A DNA stretch of 51,140 nucleotides from Pseudomonas sp. UBA5782 (GCA_002418465.1 DIEE01000077.1:1-51140), one strand, 5' to 3'. Positions 29,088 to 42,202 are shown, counted from the stretch's first letter. Numbers and translations are program-made. The notes: generated by a model not told the origin, from the letters alone.

Positions 29088-29789
29088 ATGGTGAAAGGGG
29101 GCGGGAGGGGTATTGATGCGGATCAACGTCTTCAGGACGGTGCTCCGGAGCACTGGATCTGGACTCGTCCGGAGGCGCCACCAGCAGCAACGCTGCTGCT
29201 TGCACACGGGGCCGGAGCACCGATGGACAGCCCATTCATGGAGTCGATGGCGCGCCGCTTGGCGGGACGCGGTGTGGCTGTCGTGCGCTTCGAGTTTCCT
29301 TACATGGCGGCGCGCCGGCAGGATGGCGTCAGGCGTCTTCCGAATCCGCAGGCGCAACTGCTTGATTCGTGGCGGTGGACCTATGCCCTTGTGCGACAGC
29401 AGGTCACAGGTGTTTTGGCGGTTGGCGGAAAGTCGATGGGCGGACGGATGGCCAGCATGCTGGCGGATGAGATTGGGGCCGATGCGCTGGTTTGTCTGGG
29501 CTATCCATTCCATGCGCCGGGAAAGCAGGGCAAGCCACGCGTCGAGCATCTGAAGTCGCTCCAGACGCCGACGCTGATCGTGCAGGGGGAACGCGACCGT
29601 ATGGGAACGGCCCCGGAGGTCGAAGGCTATACGTTGGCGTCGAGTATCGAGGTTCTCTGGCTGGAGGCTGCCGATCACGATCTGAAGCCGACCAAAGCTT
29701 CGGGCTTCACTCACGACGGCTATCTTGATAGGGCCGCCGAGGCCATTGCACGCCTCCTCGGACACATCGCAAAGACGTCTGCGGACTGA
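29088..29789 (+). CDS. Alpha/beta-fold hydrolase (KANL3/Tex30-like)
   Basis: [12 protein letters not shown], nucleophile elbow [19 protein letters not shown] and DHDL. Exact start uncertain. Confidence 0.88.
   Translation: MVKGGGRGIDADQRLQDGAPEHWIWTRPEAPPAATLLLAHGAGAPMDSPFMESMARRLAGRGVAVVRFEFPYMAARRQDGVRRLPNPQAQLLDSWRWTYALVRQQVTGVLAVGGKSMGGRMASMLADEIGADALVCLGYPFHAPGKQGKPRVEHLKSLQTPTLIVQGERDRMGTAPEVEGYTLASSIEVLWLEAADHDLKPTKASGFTHDGYLDRAAEAIARLLGHIAKTSAD
29113..29126. promoter_or_regulatory. ANR/FNR box upstream of ccoN2
   Basis: Perfect TTGAT-GCGG-ATCAA, ~80 bp upstream of ccoN2. Confidence 0.92.
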
Positions 29790-29816
29790 TCGAGTGGCTG
29801 CTCACCAGCCACTCGA
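29790..29816. terminator. Hairpin between the convergent hydrolase and acnA genes
   Basis: TCGAGTGGCTG-CTCAC-CAGCCACTCGA, 11-bp stem. Confidence 0.6.
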
Positions 29817-29825
29817 AACGGGTGG

Positions 29826-32501
<2,676 letters not shown>

Positions 32502-32781
32502 TTGCGTATCTCCTTGCGGCCCACGGTCGAGGGCGTTGCCGGTGGCGCCGGATCGAGCCGGCTCCTTGAGTGCGAGGTATCGCTGGCGGTCGGCGCAAAA
32601 CGCTGCGGGCTGGCCGATATGGCCGGGCCAGAGGCTCTGCGAAGCAGCTTCGCTTTAGCGGCGCCGCCATTCACTGGACAGACCGATACGCCCACGGTTC
32701 CCGCGTCGGCTATCATGCGCGACCCGCCTGGGGCCGTATCGCGGCTCTTTGGCGCGGTTGCCCGCATCTGGAGAAGCCCCC

Positions 32782-33834
32782 TTGGATACGCTGTTGCTGC
32801 ATTGCCGCCCCGGTTTCGAAAACGAAGTCTGCGCCGAGATCGCCGAGCACGCGGCGCGCCTGGAGGTTGCCGGATATTCCAAGGCGAAGCCGAGCAGCGC
32901 CTATGCCGAGTTCGTCTGCAGCGAGGCCGGCGGCAGCGCCAGGCTGATGCACAAGCTGGCGTTCGCCGGGCTGATCTTTCCTCGCCAATGGGCGCGTGGC
33001 GAATACCTGCAGCTACCCGAGACCAAGCGCATCGAGGTGCTGCTCGAGCAACTGCAGCACTATCCGGTGTGCGGCAGTCTGTGGCTGGAAGTGTTCGACA
33101 CCAACGAGGGTAAGGAACTGTCGAATTTCTGCAAGAAGTTCGAGGCGCCGTTGCGCAAGGCGTTGCTCCAGGCCGGGCGGCTGGTCGATGACGCGAGCAA
33201 GCCGCGCTTGTTGCTGACCTTCAAGAGTGGCCGCGAGGTATTCCTCGGTATCGCCGAGACCGATAACAGCGCGCTCTGGCCGATGGGCATCCCGCGCTTG
33301 AAGTTTCCCCGCGAGGCGCCGAGCCGCTCGACACTGAAGCTCGAGGAGGCCTGGCACACCTTCATTCCGCGCGCGCAGTGGGACGAGCGGCTGGCGGACG
33401 ACATGACCGGCGTCGACCTCGGCGCCGCGCCCGGCGGCTGGACCTACCAGCTGGTTCGCCGCGGCATGCTGGTGACCGCCATCGACAACGGCCCGATGGC
33501 GCAGAGCCTGATGGACACCGGGCTGGTCCAGCACCTGATGGTCGACGGCTTCACCTGGAAACCGAAACGGCCCGTCGACTGGATGGTCTGCGATATCGTC
33601 GAGAAGCCGGCGCGCAATGCCGCGCTGCTGGAAACCTGGATCGGCGAGGGGCTGTGCCGCGAGGCAGTGGTCAACCTCAAGCTGCCGATGAAGCAGCGCT
33701 ACGCCGAAGTGCGGCGCCTGCTGCTGCGCCTTGAGGAGAGCTTCGCCGCGCGGCGGATCAAGGTCTCGATCGCCTGCAAGCAGCTCTATCACGACCGCGA
33801 GGAAGTGACCTGCCATCTGCGCCGGCTGTCCTGA
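32782..33834 (+). CDS. rlmM: 23S rRNA C2498 2'-O-methyltransferase
   Basis: HCRPGFE, APSRSTLKLEEA, DLGAAPGGWT and QLYHDREEVT; TTG start after GGAG. Confidence 0.95.
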   Translation: MDTLLLHCRPGFENEVCAEIAEHAARLEVAGYSKAKPSSAYAEFVCSEAGGSARLMHKLAFAGLIFPRQWARGEYLQLPETKRIEVLLEQLQHYPVCGSLWLEVFDTNEGKELSNFCKKFEAPLRKALLQAGRLVDDASKPRLLLTFKSGREVFLGIAETDNSALWPMGIPRLKFPREAPSRSTLKLEEAWHTFIPRAQWDERLADDMTGVDLGAAPGGWTYQLVRRGMLVTAIDNGPMAQSLMDTGLVQHLMVDGFTWKPKRPVDWMVCDIVEKPARNAALLETWIGEGLCREAVVNLKLPMKQRYAEVRRLLLRLEESFAARRIKVSIACKQLYHDREEVTCHLRRLS

Positions 33835-33882
33835 GCGCGGCGCATCGGCGACAATGGCCGCCAGCCTTCCTGGAGTACCCCG

Positions 33883-34122
33883 ATGTCTCTGCAACACGAC
33901 GCCGTTCTCGACGCCACCGGTCTCAACTGTCCCGAGCCGGTGATGATGCTGCACAACCAGGTGCGCGACCTGCCCGCCGGCGGGCTGCTCAAGGTGATCG
34001 CCACCGATCCGTCGACGCGCCGCGACATCCCCAAGTTCTGCGTTTTCCTCGGCCATGACCTGGTCGAGCAGCAGGAAGAGGGCGGTACTTACCTCTACTG
34101 GATCCGCAAGAAGCTCGACTAG
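33883..34122 (+). CDS. tusA: Sulfur carrier TusA
   Basis: [11 protein letters not shown] and [12 protein letters not shown]. Confidence 0.95.
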   Translation: MSLQHDAVLDATGLNCPEPVMMLHNQVRDLPAGGLLKVIATDPSTRRDIPKFCVFLGHDLVEQQEEGGTYLYWIRKKLD

Positions 34123-35522
34123 CCGAGCGTCGAAGAGCCCCTGGCGCGGCGTTCGTTCTTGCGGATCGTCTTGCGCGCGCTGCGCGCCAGGCGCGTGGCC
34201 AGCAACACCGCCGCGCAGCTGAGGCCCACCACCAGCCCCTGCCAGAGCCCGCGCGGGCCGGACGGCTCGCCCAGCCAGTCGGTCAAGCCGAGCGCATAGC
34301 CCACCGGCAGACCGACGCCCCAGTACGCCAGCAGCGTGAAGAGCATAGTCGCGCGGGTGTCCTGGTAGCCACGCAGGGCGCCGGCGGCGGTGACCTGGAT
34401 GGCATCGGAGAACTGGAACAGCGCGACGTAGAGCAGCAGGCCGCTGGCCACCGCGATCACCGCCAGGTCCTCGGTGTAGACGCGCGCGATCTGCTCGCTG
34501 AGCAGCATCACCAGCGTCGCCGAGCAGCACGCGTAGCAGAGCGCCGAGAACATCCCGACGCCAGCGCAGAAGCGCGCCTCGCGCGGTTCGCCGCGGCCCA
34601 GCGCCTGGCCGACGCGGACGGTCACGGCGATGCCCAGTGACAGTGGCAGCATGAAGATCATCGAGGAGAAGTTCAGCGCGATCTGGTGGCCGGCCATCAC
34701 CGTCGCGCCCAGGCCGCCGATCAGCAGGGCGATCACGGCGAAGATGCTCGACTCGGCGAAGATCGCGATGCCGATGGGCAGGCCTATCGTCAGCAGGCCG
34801 CGGATCGGCTGCCATGACGGCGCCTCGAAATGGGCGAACAGCTGGCTGGGCCGATAGCGCGGCGCGAGCTTTATCCAGCCGAGCAGGCCGAGCAGCATGC
34901 AGTTCATCACCAGCGCCGTGCCCCATCCGCAGCCCACGCCGCCCATCGCCGGCAGGCCGAACTTGCCGAAGACGAATACATAGGTCGCCGGAATGTTCAG
35001 CAGCAGCCCGAAAATGCCGAGGAACATGCTCGGTCGCGAATAGCCGATACCGTCGCTGAAACAGCGCAGCGCCTGGTACATCGCTACCGCAGGAAAGCCG
35101 AAGGCCATGGCGCGCAAATAGCCCATCGATGGTTCCATCAGGCTGGCCTCGATCTGCATGCTGCGCAGCACCACGTCGGCGTGCCAGAGCAGCGTGGCCG
35201 CGCTGCAGCCGAGGAACAGCGCCAGCCAAAGCGCCTGGCGTACCAGCGGGCCGATTTCCTGCTGGCGGCCCGCGCCGAAGCGCTGGGCGACCTTGGGCGT
35301 GGTCGCCAGGATCACCCCGGTCATGAACAGGTACAGCGGCACCCAGATCGAGTTGCCCAGCGCCACCGCGGCAAGGTCGCGCGAGCTCACGCGCCCGGCC
35401 ATCAGCGCATCGGTGAAGCCCATCGCGGTGTGGGTGAACTGGGCAATGATGATCGGCGTGGCCAGGCGGAACAGCGCGCCGAGCTCCCGGCGCACCCGGC
35501 CCCAGCGGGATTTCAACGACAT
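34119..35522 (-). CDS. MATE family efflux transporter (NorM-like)
   Basis: ~12 TM helices; [25 protein letters not shown] and FQFSDAIQ. Confidence 0.93.
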   Translation of the reverse strand: MSLKSRWGRVRRELGALFRLATPIIIAQFTHTAMGFTDALMAGRVSSRDLAAVALGNSIWVPLYLFMTGVILATTPKVAQRFGAGRQQEIGPLVRQALWLALFLGCSAATLLWHADVVLRSMQIEASLMEPSMGYLRAMAFGFPAVAMYQALRCFSDGIGYSRPSMFLGIFGLLLNIPATYVFVFGKFGLPAMGGVGCGWGTALVMNCMLLGLLGWIKLAPRYRPSQLFAHFEAPSWQPIRGLLTIGLPIGIAIFAESSIFAVIALLIGGLGATVMAGHQIALNFSSMIFMLPLSLGIAVTVRVGQALGRGEPREARFCAGVGMFSALCYACCSATLVMLLSEQIARVYTEDLAVIAVASGLLLYVALFQFSDAIQVTAAGALRGYQDTRATMLFTLLAYWGVGLPVGYALGLTDWLGEPSGPRGLWQGLVVGLSCAAVLLATRLARSARKTIRKNERRARGSSTLG

Positions 35523-35635
35523 GGTGATCCTGAGCGGGTGCGGAAAGGCCGCGTAGTGTACGCAGCGTTGATGGGCTGGAAAACCCGAGCGTCGTCGCTT
35601 GGCTTAGAATGGCTGCCTCTAACCGGAGCCTCTGC

Positions 35636-36784
35636 ATGCGAATCCTTGCCGACGAAAACATTCCCCTGGTCGACGCCTTCTTCGGCGCCATCGGCCCCAT
35701 TCGCCGCCAGGGCGGTCGCGGCATCGACCGCGCCGCGCTGGGCGACAGCGAGATCCTGCTGGTGCGCTCGGTGACCGAGGTCGACCGCGCGCTGTTGCAG
35801 GGAAGCGCAGTGCGTTTCGTCGGCACCTGCACCATCGGCACCGATCACCTCGACCTCGACTACTTCCGCGAGGCCGGAATCGCCTGGGCCAGCGCACCGG
35901 GCTGCAACGCGCGCGGCGTGGTGGACTACGTGCTCGGCAGCCTGCTGGCCCTGGCCGAGCATCACGGCGTGTCGCTGCGCGAGCGCTGCTACGGAATTGT
36001 CGGCGCCGGTCAGGTCGGCGGGCGCCTGCTCGATGTGCTGCGCGGCTTAGGCTGGCGAGTGCTGGTCTGTGACCCGCCGCGGCAGGCACTGGAAGGCGGC
36101 GACTACGTCGACCTGGAAACCATCCTGCGCGAGTGCGATGCGATCAGCCTGCATACGCCGCTGACCCGCGACGGCGCCTGGCCGACCCATCACCTGCTCG
36201 GCGCCGAGCAGCTCGCCCGGCTCAAGCCCGGTGCCTGGCTGATCAACGCGGCACGGGGTGCGGTGGTCGACAACGCGGCGCTGCGCGAGATTTTGCAGCA
36301 GCGCCGCGACCTCGATGCAGTGCTCGACGTCTGGGAGGGCGAGCCGCTGGCGGACCCGCAACTGGCCGACCTTTGCCGCCTGGCCACGCCGCACATCGCC
36401 GGCTACAGCCTGGACGGCAAGCTGCGCGGCACGGCGCAGATATACGCGGCGTTCTGCGCCTGGCAGGGCGTGCCTGCGGAGGTCGTTCTCGACGAGTTGC
36501 TGCCGGATCCCTGGCTGGCACAGCTCGGCCTGCAGGCCGATGCCGATCCGGAATGGGCGCTGGCTACGCTGTGCCGCGCGGTCTACGACCCACGGCGGGA
36601 CGATGCGGACTTTCGCCGCAGCCTGCATGGCGATGCGCAGGCGCGTCGCGCCGCCTTCGATGCGTTGCGCAAGCACTACCCGCTGCGTCGCGAGATCGAC
36701 GGCCTGCGGGTGAATCTGGACGGCGACGGCGAGGGCGAGGCGTTGGCGCGCTGGGTGCGGGCCCTGGGTTGCACGCTGGGCTAG
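35636..36784 (+). CDS. pdxB: Erythronate-4-phosphate dehydrogenase
   Basis: [31 protein letters not shown] and [12 protein letters not shown]. Confidence 0.96.
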   Translation: MRILADENIPLVDAFFGAIGPIRRQGGRGIDRAALGDSEILLVRSVTEVDRALLQGSAVRFVGTCTIGTDHLDLDYFREAGIAWASAPGCNARGVVDYVLGSLLALAEHHGVSLRERCYGIVGAGQVGGRLLDVLRGLGWRVLVCDPPRQALEGGDYVDLETILRECDAISLHTPLTRDGAWPTHHLLGAEQLARLKPGAWLINAARGAVVDNAALREILQQRRDLDAVLDVWEGEPLADPQLADLCRLATPHIAGYSLDGKLRGTAQIYAAFCAWQGVPAEVVLDELLPDPWLAQLGLQADADPEWALATLCRAVYDPRRDDADFRRSLHGDAQARRAAFDALRKHYPLRREIDGLRVNLDGDGEGEALARWVRALGCTLG

Positions 36785-36799
36785 ATCGCCCAGGAATAG

Positions 36800-36826
36800 A
36801 AAAAGCCCGGTCGAACCGGGCTTTCT
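36800..36826. terminator. Bidirectional intrinsic terminator
   Basis: AAAAAGCCCGGT-CGA-ACCGGGCTTTCT between convergent genes. Confidence 0.8.
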
Positions 36827-36853
36827 CGTGCGTGTTCATGCGTGCGGAAATGC

Positions 36854-37030
36854 TCAGCTCTTCGCGGGCGCCATGAACCACTCGTCATCCAGCTCTTCGC
36901 AGGCGTGCTGGATCATCTTCTCGGTGATCGGCACTTCCTGGCCATGGTCGTCGATGATGGCGCCGCCGACCGGCTGTTGCGGGTCGATGCGGACCACGCG
37001 GGTTTCGTTGTCATCATGGGGTGAATTCAT
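36854..37030 (-). CDS. Small conserved Pseudomonas protein (PA1571-like)
   Basis: 58 aa with QPVGGAIIDDHGQEVPITEKMIQHACEEL; strong GAGGAG RBS. Confidence 0.8.
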   Translation of the reverse strand: MNSPHDDNETRVVRIDPQQPVGGAIIDDHGQEVPITEKMIQHACEELDDEWFMAPAKS

Positions 37031-37057
37031 CGCCTGTCTCCTCATCGGTTCGCGCGC

Positions 37058-37090
37058 AGTCTAGTCAACCCAGATGAACGCACCGTGACA
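37058..37090 (-). promoter_or_regulatory. Putative OmpR/PhoB-type direct-repeat box plus -10 element
   Basis: Minus strand TGTCACggtgcGTTCAT (11-bp periodicity), then 10 nt, then TAGACT. Confidence 0.45.
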
Positions 37091-37256
37091 TGGGGCGCCT
37101 GTGCAAAGCGCCGGAAAAACCAAGGCCAGGCTCGTCGCGAAGCGCATGCGGCGTTGGCCTGGCTCTCGGGGTTGACCCGGTTTATCGGCGCGGAGTTCGT
37201 CAAATGAAGCCCTTTCGCGGCGGATTCTCGACCTGTGGTCGGGCTGCCCGGTCGCC

Positions 37257-38726
37257 CTACGTCTGGGCGCGGTGCTTCTCCTCGACCATGTTGCCGATCT
37301 GCCGAATCACCTCGCGGCTGGCGTTTTCCGCGCTGTTGAAGGCGGTGACGATGCCGTTGTGCACCAGCTCGTTGCTCTCCCAATCCTGCGCGACCAGGTC
37401 CATGGCCCTGGCCACCGCCTGGTGCACTTCGGCCTGTGGTCGCTCCAGGTCGCGATAGGCCTTGGTACGGCCGAACAGGCTCTGTCCGGTGCCGTTCTGG
37501 TACCAGTCGAACGGGCTGTTGCCGTTGCCCTCGAGCTGGGCGGTGCCGCCCTCGACGCGCACGTAGGCGTTCTGCATGAACATGATGTGGTCCATCTTCA
37601 CCAGCGAGGCGAAGGAGAGGTCCTTGGCCCGGCTGAGTTGCTCGATGGTGGACTGCGAGCTGCTGGCGAATTCGCTGAAGCGGCCACGGAAGGCGTCGAC
37701 CTGGGCGCCGACCTGGGCGCTTTGCTGGCCGGTGCTCAGCGTCTGCTCGACCATCACCCCGACATGCTCGCGGAAGTCGCCGATGATCCCGGAAATCTCC
37801 CCGGTGGCTTGCTTGGTGCGATGGGCCAGGGCACGCACCTCGTCGGCGACCACGGCGAAGCCACGCCCGACTTCGCCGGCACGGGCCGCCTCGATGGCGG
37901 CGTTGAGGGCCAGCAGATTGGTCTGCTCGGCAATCTCGGCGATGATCCGCACCGCCTGGCCGATACTACCGCTGGCGTTGCCGAGCGCTTCGGCGGCTTC
38001 GGCCATGGACTGCATGCGGCCGTTGATATGGGCCAGCGAGTTGCTCAGCTGATCGACTTCCTGGCGGCTGTCGTGCGCGTTGTCGCGGTTGCGCTCGGCG
38101 ATCGCTGCCACCGACTCGATTTCCGCGGCGACCACGTTGAGGTCGCTCTGGTTGCCATGCAGGTTGGTCAGCAGGTTGGAGGTGTTCAGCGCATGCAGGC
38201 TGGAAGACAGCCGGTTGCGCAGTACGTAGCGGGTGTTCTCCTCCATCGCCGTGATCGCCTGGTTGATGTGGCTGAGCGACGTGGCGAACTCGCCCGGCAG
38301 ACCGACCGCCAGCGCGCGGCGGTAGAACTTGTGCTCGGCGACCATCCCGAAGCAGGTGTTGATTTCCTTGAAGTAGGTTTCCACCAGGTCGATGAACTCG
38401 TTCAGCTCCCAGGCCACCTTGCCGACTTCGCCGAGGCCGGCGGTGTGGGTGATGCGCTGGTGCAGATCGCCCTCGCGGCAGGCGAGTATCACGTGGGCCA
38501 TCTGGTTGAGCGTCGCTATCGGCCGTTTGCTGTGTGCGATGGCATACAAACTGAAGGCGATGGAGATACATGGCACCAGCATCAGCGGCCAGCTGAAGCC
38601 CAGGGTGAATATCTGCCAACCGGCCAGCAGCAGGTTCAGGGCGACGAAAACCGCGCAGCAGATGATGAACTTCTGGTTGAGGAAGGGGCTGTGTCGGCTG
38701 GTCTGACTGCGCATGGCCGGGCTCAT
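37257..38726 (-). CDS. Methyl-accepting chemotaxis protein (CetA-like) with a degenerate C-terminal CZB-like domain
   Basis: Two adjacent N-terminal TM helices with almost no periplasmic loop, HAMP-like region, signalling hairpin [34 protein letters not shown], and tail KMDH..WY..G..FG...Y..LE.PQ..VH. Confidence 0.92.
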   Translation of the reverse strand: MSPAMRSQTSRHSPFLNQKFIICCAVFVALNLLLAGWQIFTLGFSWPLMLVPCISIAFSLYAIAHSKRPIATLNQMAHVILACREGDLHQRITHTAGLGEVGKVAWELNEFIDLVETYFKEINTCFGMVAEHKFYRRALAVGLPGEFATSLSHINQAITAMEENTRYVLRNRLSSSLHALNTSNLLTNLHGNQSDLNVVAAEIESVAAIAERNRDNAHDSRQEVDQLSNSLAHINGRMQSMAEAAEALGNASGSIGQAVRIIAEIAEQTNLLALNAAIEAARAGEVGRGFAVVADEVRALAHRTKQATGEISGIIGDFREHVGVMVEQTLSTGQQSAQVGAQVDAFRGRFSEFASSSQSTIEQLSRAKDLSFASLVKMDHIMFMQNAYVRVEGGTAQLEGNGNSPFDWYQNGTGQSLFGRTKAYRDLERPQAEVHQAVARAMDLVAQDWESNELVHNGIVTAFNSAENASREVIRQIGNMVEEKHRAQT

Positions 38727-39262
38727 TGCCGTTCCCCTTGCTGGTAGAGGTTGAGGACGAATTGGTCGTAGCTGAGACCTTGCTGGGCGGGCAGCTGCAT
38801 CAGGTAGGCGAGGGAGGCCGCGGTTGCATTGGCTTTCGTCTCGGCGTTCTCGATCTCGAGCATCCTGCGGTACACCGGCTCGATGGCGCGCACGGCCGAA
38901 AGCGGCGCCGGGCGCCTCACCGAGTAGTAGCCGGTGACGTTGCCCTTGAGGTCGCGATCCGGGGTGATGTTGGCGAAGACCCAGTAGAAGTCGCCGTCGG
39001 CGTTCATGTTCTTCACCAGGCCGAAGAACTCGCGGTTCTGCTGCAGGGTGTCCCAGAGCAGGCGGAATACGCCGCGCGGCATGTCCGGGTGACGGATCAG
39101 GCTGTGCTGCTGACCGAGCACCTGGGTTTCCGAATAGTTGGCGATGCGCATGAAGCAGCGGTTGGCGTAGGTGACCCTCCCGCTGAGGTCACTCTTGGAG
39201 ATGATCATCTCCCGGTCATTGAAACGGACTTCTTTACCCGTCGGCTGAATACTGTTCTTCAA
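38723..39262 (-). CDS. Stand-alone Aer-type PAS protein (CetB-like)
   Basis: [39 protein letters not shown]...GDFYWV and YYSVR. Likely TTG start after GGGGGAG; the stop overlaps the MCP start (ATGA). Confidence 0.9.
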   Translation of the reverse strand: MKNSIQPTGKEVRFNDREMIISKSDLSGRVTYANRCFMRIANYSETQVLGQQHSLIRHPDMPRGVFRLLWDTLQQNREFFGLVKNMNADGDFYWVFANITPDRDLKGNVTGYYSVRRPAPLSAVRAIEPVYRRMLEIENAETKANATAASLAYLMQLPAQQGLSYDQFVLNLYQQGERQ

Positions 39263-39484
39263 GCGCTCTCTCCCCCGGCTGAGTGCAAGATTTTGCCGCA
39301 CCGGAACACGCCGCCGAATGCTCGGGATCAATCCGGCTAACGGCAGATGGGCTCGGGGCTGCTTGGCAGCGCAGAATTTTGCGCAATGAGCGCTGCAAGG
39401 GGTGTTCCAGGCGGGTAGGGCGCGGTGTGCGGGGAATGGCGGGAGAGGCGGGCGACCCTGCCGGGCGGCAGGGTCGGGCGGAAT

Positions 39485-39766
39485 TCAGTGGTATTCGCAG
39501 AGGTACGCGGTGTCGACGGAAACCTTGAGCTGGAACTTGCTGTTCGCCGGTACGGTGAAGCGGGTGCCGGCCTCGAAGGTTTCCCAGGCGTCGCTGCCAG
39601 GCAGTTTCACCGTCAGTGCGCCGGCGATCACGTGCATGACTTCAAGTTGGCTGGTGCCGAATTCGTACTCGCCAGGGGCCATTACGCCGACGGTGGCCGG
39701 GGCCTGGTTCAGCTCGAAGGAAAGGGATTTTACGGTACCGTCGAAGTACTCGTTGACCTTGAACAT
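39485..39766 (-). CDS. ppnP: Pyrimidine/purine nucleoside phosphorylase
   Basis: [26 protein letters not shown] and AYLCEY; GAGGAG RBS. Confidence 0.93.
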   Translation of the reverse strand: MFKVNEYFDGTVKSLSFELNQAPATVGVMAPGEYEFGTSQLEVMHVIAGALTVKLPGSDAWETFEAGTRFTVPANSKFQLKVSVDTAYLCEYH

Positions 39767-39834
39767 GCGGGCTCCTCGAAGGGGATTCAAATGGGCGGCC
39801 AGTATGCCGAAGCCGCCGCAATGCGTCATCCCGT

Positions 39835-40377
39835 TCAGTCGGCGAACGCCAGCGGCAGCAGGCGCGCGGTGTTGCGTGCGTCTTCCAGGGCGCGATGCTG
39901 CCGCCCCTGGAAGCTCATGCCGGCGAGCGTCAGCGCGGCGTGCAGGCCCACCGGGCGTTTCAGCTGGCGAACCCGGGCGAAGTGCCGTTTGAGGTCGGTA
40001 TGTGGCAGCCCGCCGAGATGGCTGGCCAGTTGCTGCTGGCGCCACTCCAGTTGCAACTGCTGGCGATCGTAGTCGCCCCAGCTCAGCCAGCCCTCCAGGC
40101 GTGCATGGTACGGTTCCAGCCAACGCTCGAACGCCGGCCAGACCTGGTTCAGCGGGCGCGCTGCGTCTATTTCATCTTGCGAGATGTGCGTGAGCTGGCG
40201 GCAGAACGCCGTCAGCAGCGGCCGCCTGAGCGGGCGCACGAAACGCTGGAAATGGTCGACTTCGCGACCCGCGCCATCGACCAGGCTGGCGCCGATCTCG
40301 ATGATTTCCATCTCTTCGACCGGCCAGCCACCTTCCTCGGTGGTGGCTTCAAGGTCGATTACCAGCCAATGTCCCAT
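39835..40377 (-). CDS. DEDDh 3'-5' exonuclease (ERI-1/KapD-like)
   Basis: C-terminal 180 aa of the 505-aa [23 protein letters not shown] and HRALEDA. Confidence 0.9.
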   Translation of the reverse strand: MGHWLVIDLEATTEEGGWPVEEMEIIEIGASLVDGAGREVDHFQRFVRPLRRPLLTAFCRQLTHISQDEIDAARPLNQVWPAFERWLEPYHARLEGWLSWGDYDRQQLQLEWRQQQLASHLGGLPHTDLKRHFARVRQLKRPVGLHAALTLAGMSFQGRQHRALEDARNTARLLPLAFAD

Positions 40378-40473
40378 AGGCTTTCTCCTTCGATCAGATG
40401 GACTCGTGCAACGGCGTTCAGAAGCGGGCGGGTGCCGTGCTAGGCTTCGACACCGCAAATATGGAGGTGTGTC

Positions 40474-41346
40474 ATGGCGAAAGTCGCTTTTATCGGCCTG
40501 GGCGTGATGGGGTATCCCATGGCCGGGCATCTGGCAAGCAAAGGGCATGAGGTGCGTGTGTACAACCGTACCGCGGCCAAGGCCGAGCAGTGGGTCGCCG
40601 AACATGGCGGCAGCAGCGGCGCCACGCCGCGCGAGGCCGCCGAGGGGGCCGAGCTGGTGATGGTCTGTGTGGGCAACGACGATGACCTGCGCGGCGTCGT
40701 GCTGGGCGAGGACGGCGCCTTCGCCGGGATGGCCGCTGGCAGCGTGCTGGTGGACCACACCACGGCGTCGGCCACCGTCGCCCGCGAACTGGCGGCTGCC
40801 GCCGACGAGCGCGGTCTGGCGTTCCTCGATGCGCCGGTTTCCGGTGGCCAGGCCGGTGCGGTGAACGGCGTGCTGACGGTGATGGTCGGCGGCTCCGCGC
40901 AAAACTACGCGCGCGCCGAACCGGTGATCCAGAGCTATGCGCGGATGTCGCGGCTGATGGGCGAGGCGGGCAGCGGCCAGCTGACCAAGATGGTCAACCA
41001 GATCTGCATCGCCGGTGTGGTCCAGGGCCTGGCCGAGGCCGTGCACTTCTCGCAGCAGGCTGGCCTCGATGGCCTGGCGGTGATGGAGGTGATCAGCAAG
41101 GGCGCCGCGCAGTCTTGGCAGATGGAAAACCGCCACAAGACCATGCTGTCCGGCGAGTTCGATTTCGGCTTCGCCGTCGACTGGATGCGCAAGGACCTGT
41201 CGATCCTGCTGGAAGAGGCCCGCCACAACGGCGCGCAATTGCCGATGACCGCGCTGGTCGACCAGTTCTATGCCGACGTCCAGGCCATGGGCGGCAATCG
41301 CTGGGACACCTCGAGCCTGCTGGCACGCCTCAAGCCGACCAAGTGA
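40474..41346 (+). CDS. NAD(P)-dependent beta-hydroxyacid dehydrogenase (3-hydroxyisobutyrate dehydrogenase family)
   Basis: FIGLGVMGYPMA, LDAPVSGG, GQLTKMVNQ and RKDL. Confidence 0.93.
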   Translation: MAKVAFIGLGVMGYPMAGHLASKGHEVRVYNRTAAKAEQWVAEHGGSSGATPREAAEGAELVMVCVGNDDDLRGVVLGEDGAFAGMAAGSVLVDHTTASATVARELAAAADERGLAFLDAPVSGGQAGAVNGVLTVMVGGSAQNYARAEPVIQSYARMSRLMGEAGSGQLTKMVNQICIAGVVQGLAEAVHFSQQAGLDGLAVMEVISKGAAQSWQMENRHKTMLSGEFDFGFAVDWMRKDLSILLEEARHNGAQLPMTALVDQFYADVQAMGGNRWDTSSLLARLKPTK

Positions 41347-41392
41347 TCGCAACGCGGGCGGCCGCCTGGCCGCTCGCCAATCTATCGTTCGG

Positions 41393-41734
41393 CTAGCTGC
41401 GGAAGATGAAGTACACCGCGCCGAGCAGGCACATCCCCGCCCACAGGTAGTCCAGCTTCAGCGGCTGCTGCATGTAGAACACGCTGAACGGCACGAAGAT
41501 CGACAGGGTGATCACCTCCTGCATGATCTTCAGCTGGCCCACCGACATCGCCGTGTAACCGATCCGGTTGGCCGGCACCATGATCAGGTACTCGAACAGC
41601 GCGATGCCCCAGCTGATCAGCGCTGCGACCAGCCACGGCTTGGCGTGCAGGGTCTTCAGGTGACCGTACCAGGCGAAGGTCATGAAGATGTTGGACAGGC
41701 TCAGCAAGGCGGCGGTTTGCAACCAGATCGGCAT
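41393..41734 (-). CDS. Small DMT-superfamily membrane protein
   Basis: SNIFMTFAWYGHLK, VPANRIG and QLKIMQEVITL. Confidence 0.88.
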   Translation of the reverse strand: MPIWLQTAALLSLSNIFMTFAWYGHLKTLHAKPWLVAALISWGIALFEYLIMVPANRIGYTAMSVGQLKIMQEVITLSIFVPFSVFYMQQPLKLDYLWAGMCLLGAVYFIFRS

Positions 41735-41892
41735 TGGCGAAGCTCCGGAATGAAGGCGGTTGAGCCTACTGCCTGGCCGCTGCGCCGCCAAGTCTCGCCA
41801 CCATCAATTGGATGGCTGCCATTCGCGCGGCGTGCAGGTAATATCGCCGCGCGTAGAACCCATGGTCCCGTTTCACGAGGTCGCCTGTCGCC

Positions 41893-42144
41893 ATGCAATG
41901 CCGTCCCGGTTGCGGTGCTTGCTGCATCGCCCCTTCGATCAGTTCTCCCATTCCGGGTATGCCCCACGGCAAACCTGCGGGCGAACGTTGCATCCATCTC
42001 TCGGTCGACTACCTGTGTGCGCTGTTCGGCACTCCGGGCAGGCCGCCGGTGTGCTCGCAGTTCCAGGCCGAAGCTTCGGTTTGCGGGAGCAATCGCGAAG
42101 AGGCGATCAGCCTGCTCGGCTGGCTGGAGCAGGCGACCGCTTAG
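41893..42144 (+). CDS. YkgJ-family cysteine-cluster protein
   Basis: CRPGCGACC...C...C...RPPVC...CG. Confidence 0.88.
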   Translation: MQCRPGCGACCIAPSISSPIPGMPHGKPAGERCIHLSVDYLCALFGTPGRPPVCSQFQAEASVCGSNREEAISLLGWLEQATA

Positions 42145-42202
42145 CGTGCGTTCGACGGAGGCTCCGTCGAGTCGTTCGAGTCTTTGATAAGGAGAAAAAT
42201 AA

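Noticed and set aside
33013..35841. 942-aa minus-strand ORF, and similar long ORFs at 44756-46933, 48761-50884, 1476-2984 and 29829-31487
   Set aside because: Alternative-frame or antisense shadows of well-supported core genes, with no motifs of their own.
37180..37210. GCCGATAA sigma-28 -10 element on the minus strand (another near 16872)
   Set aside because: No convincing -35 element at the correct spacing.
39835..41352. 505-aa ORF that looks like an exonuclease with a long N-terminal extension
   Set aside because: The extension is antisense to the dehydrogenase. The real start is ATG 40377, after an AGGAG RBS.
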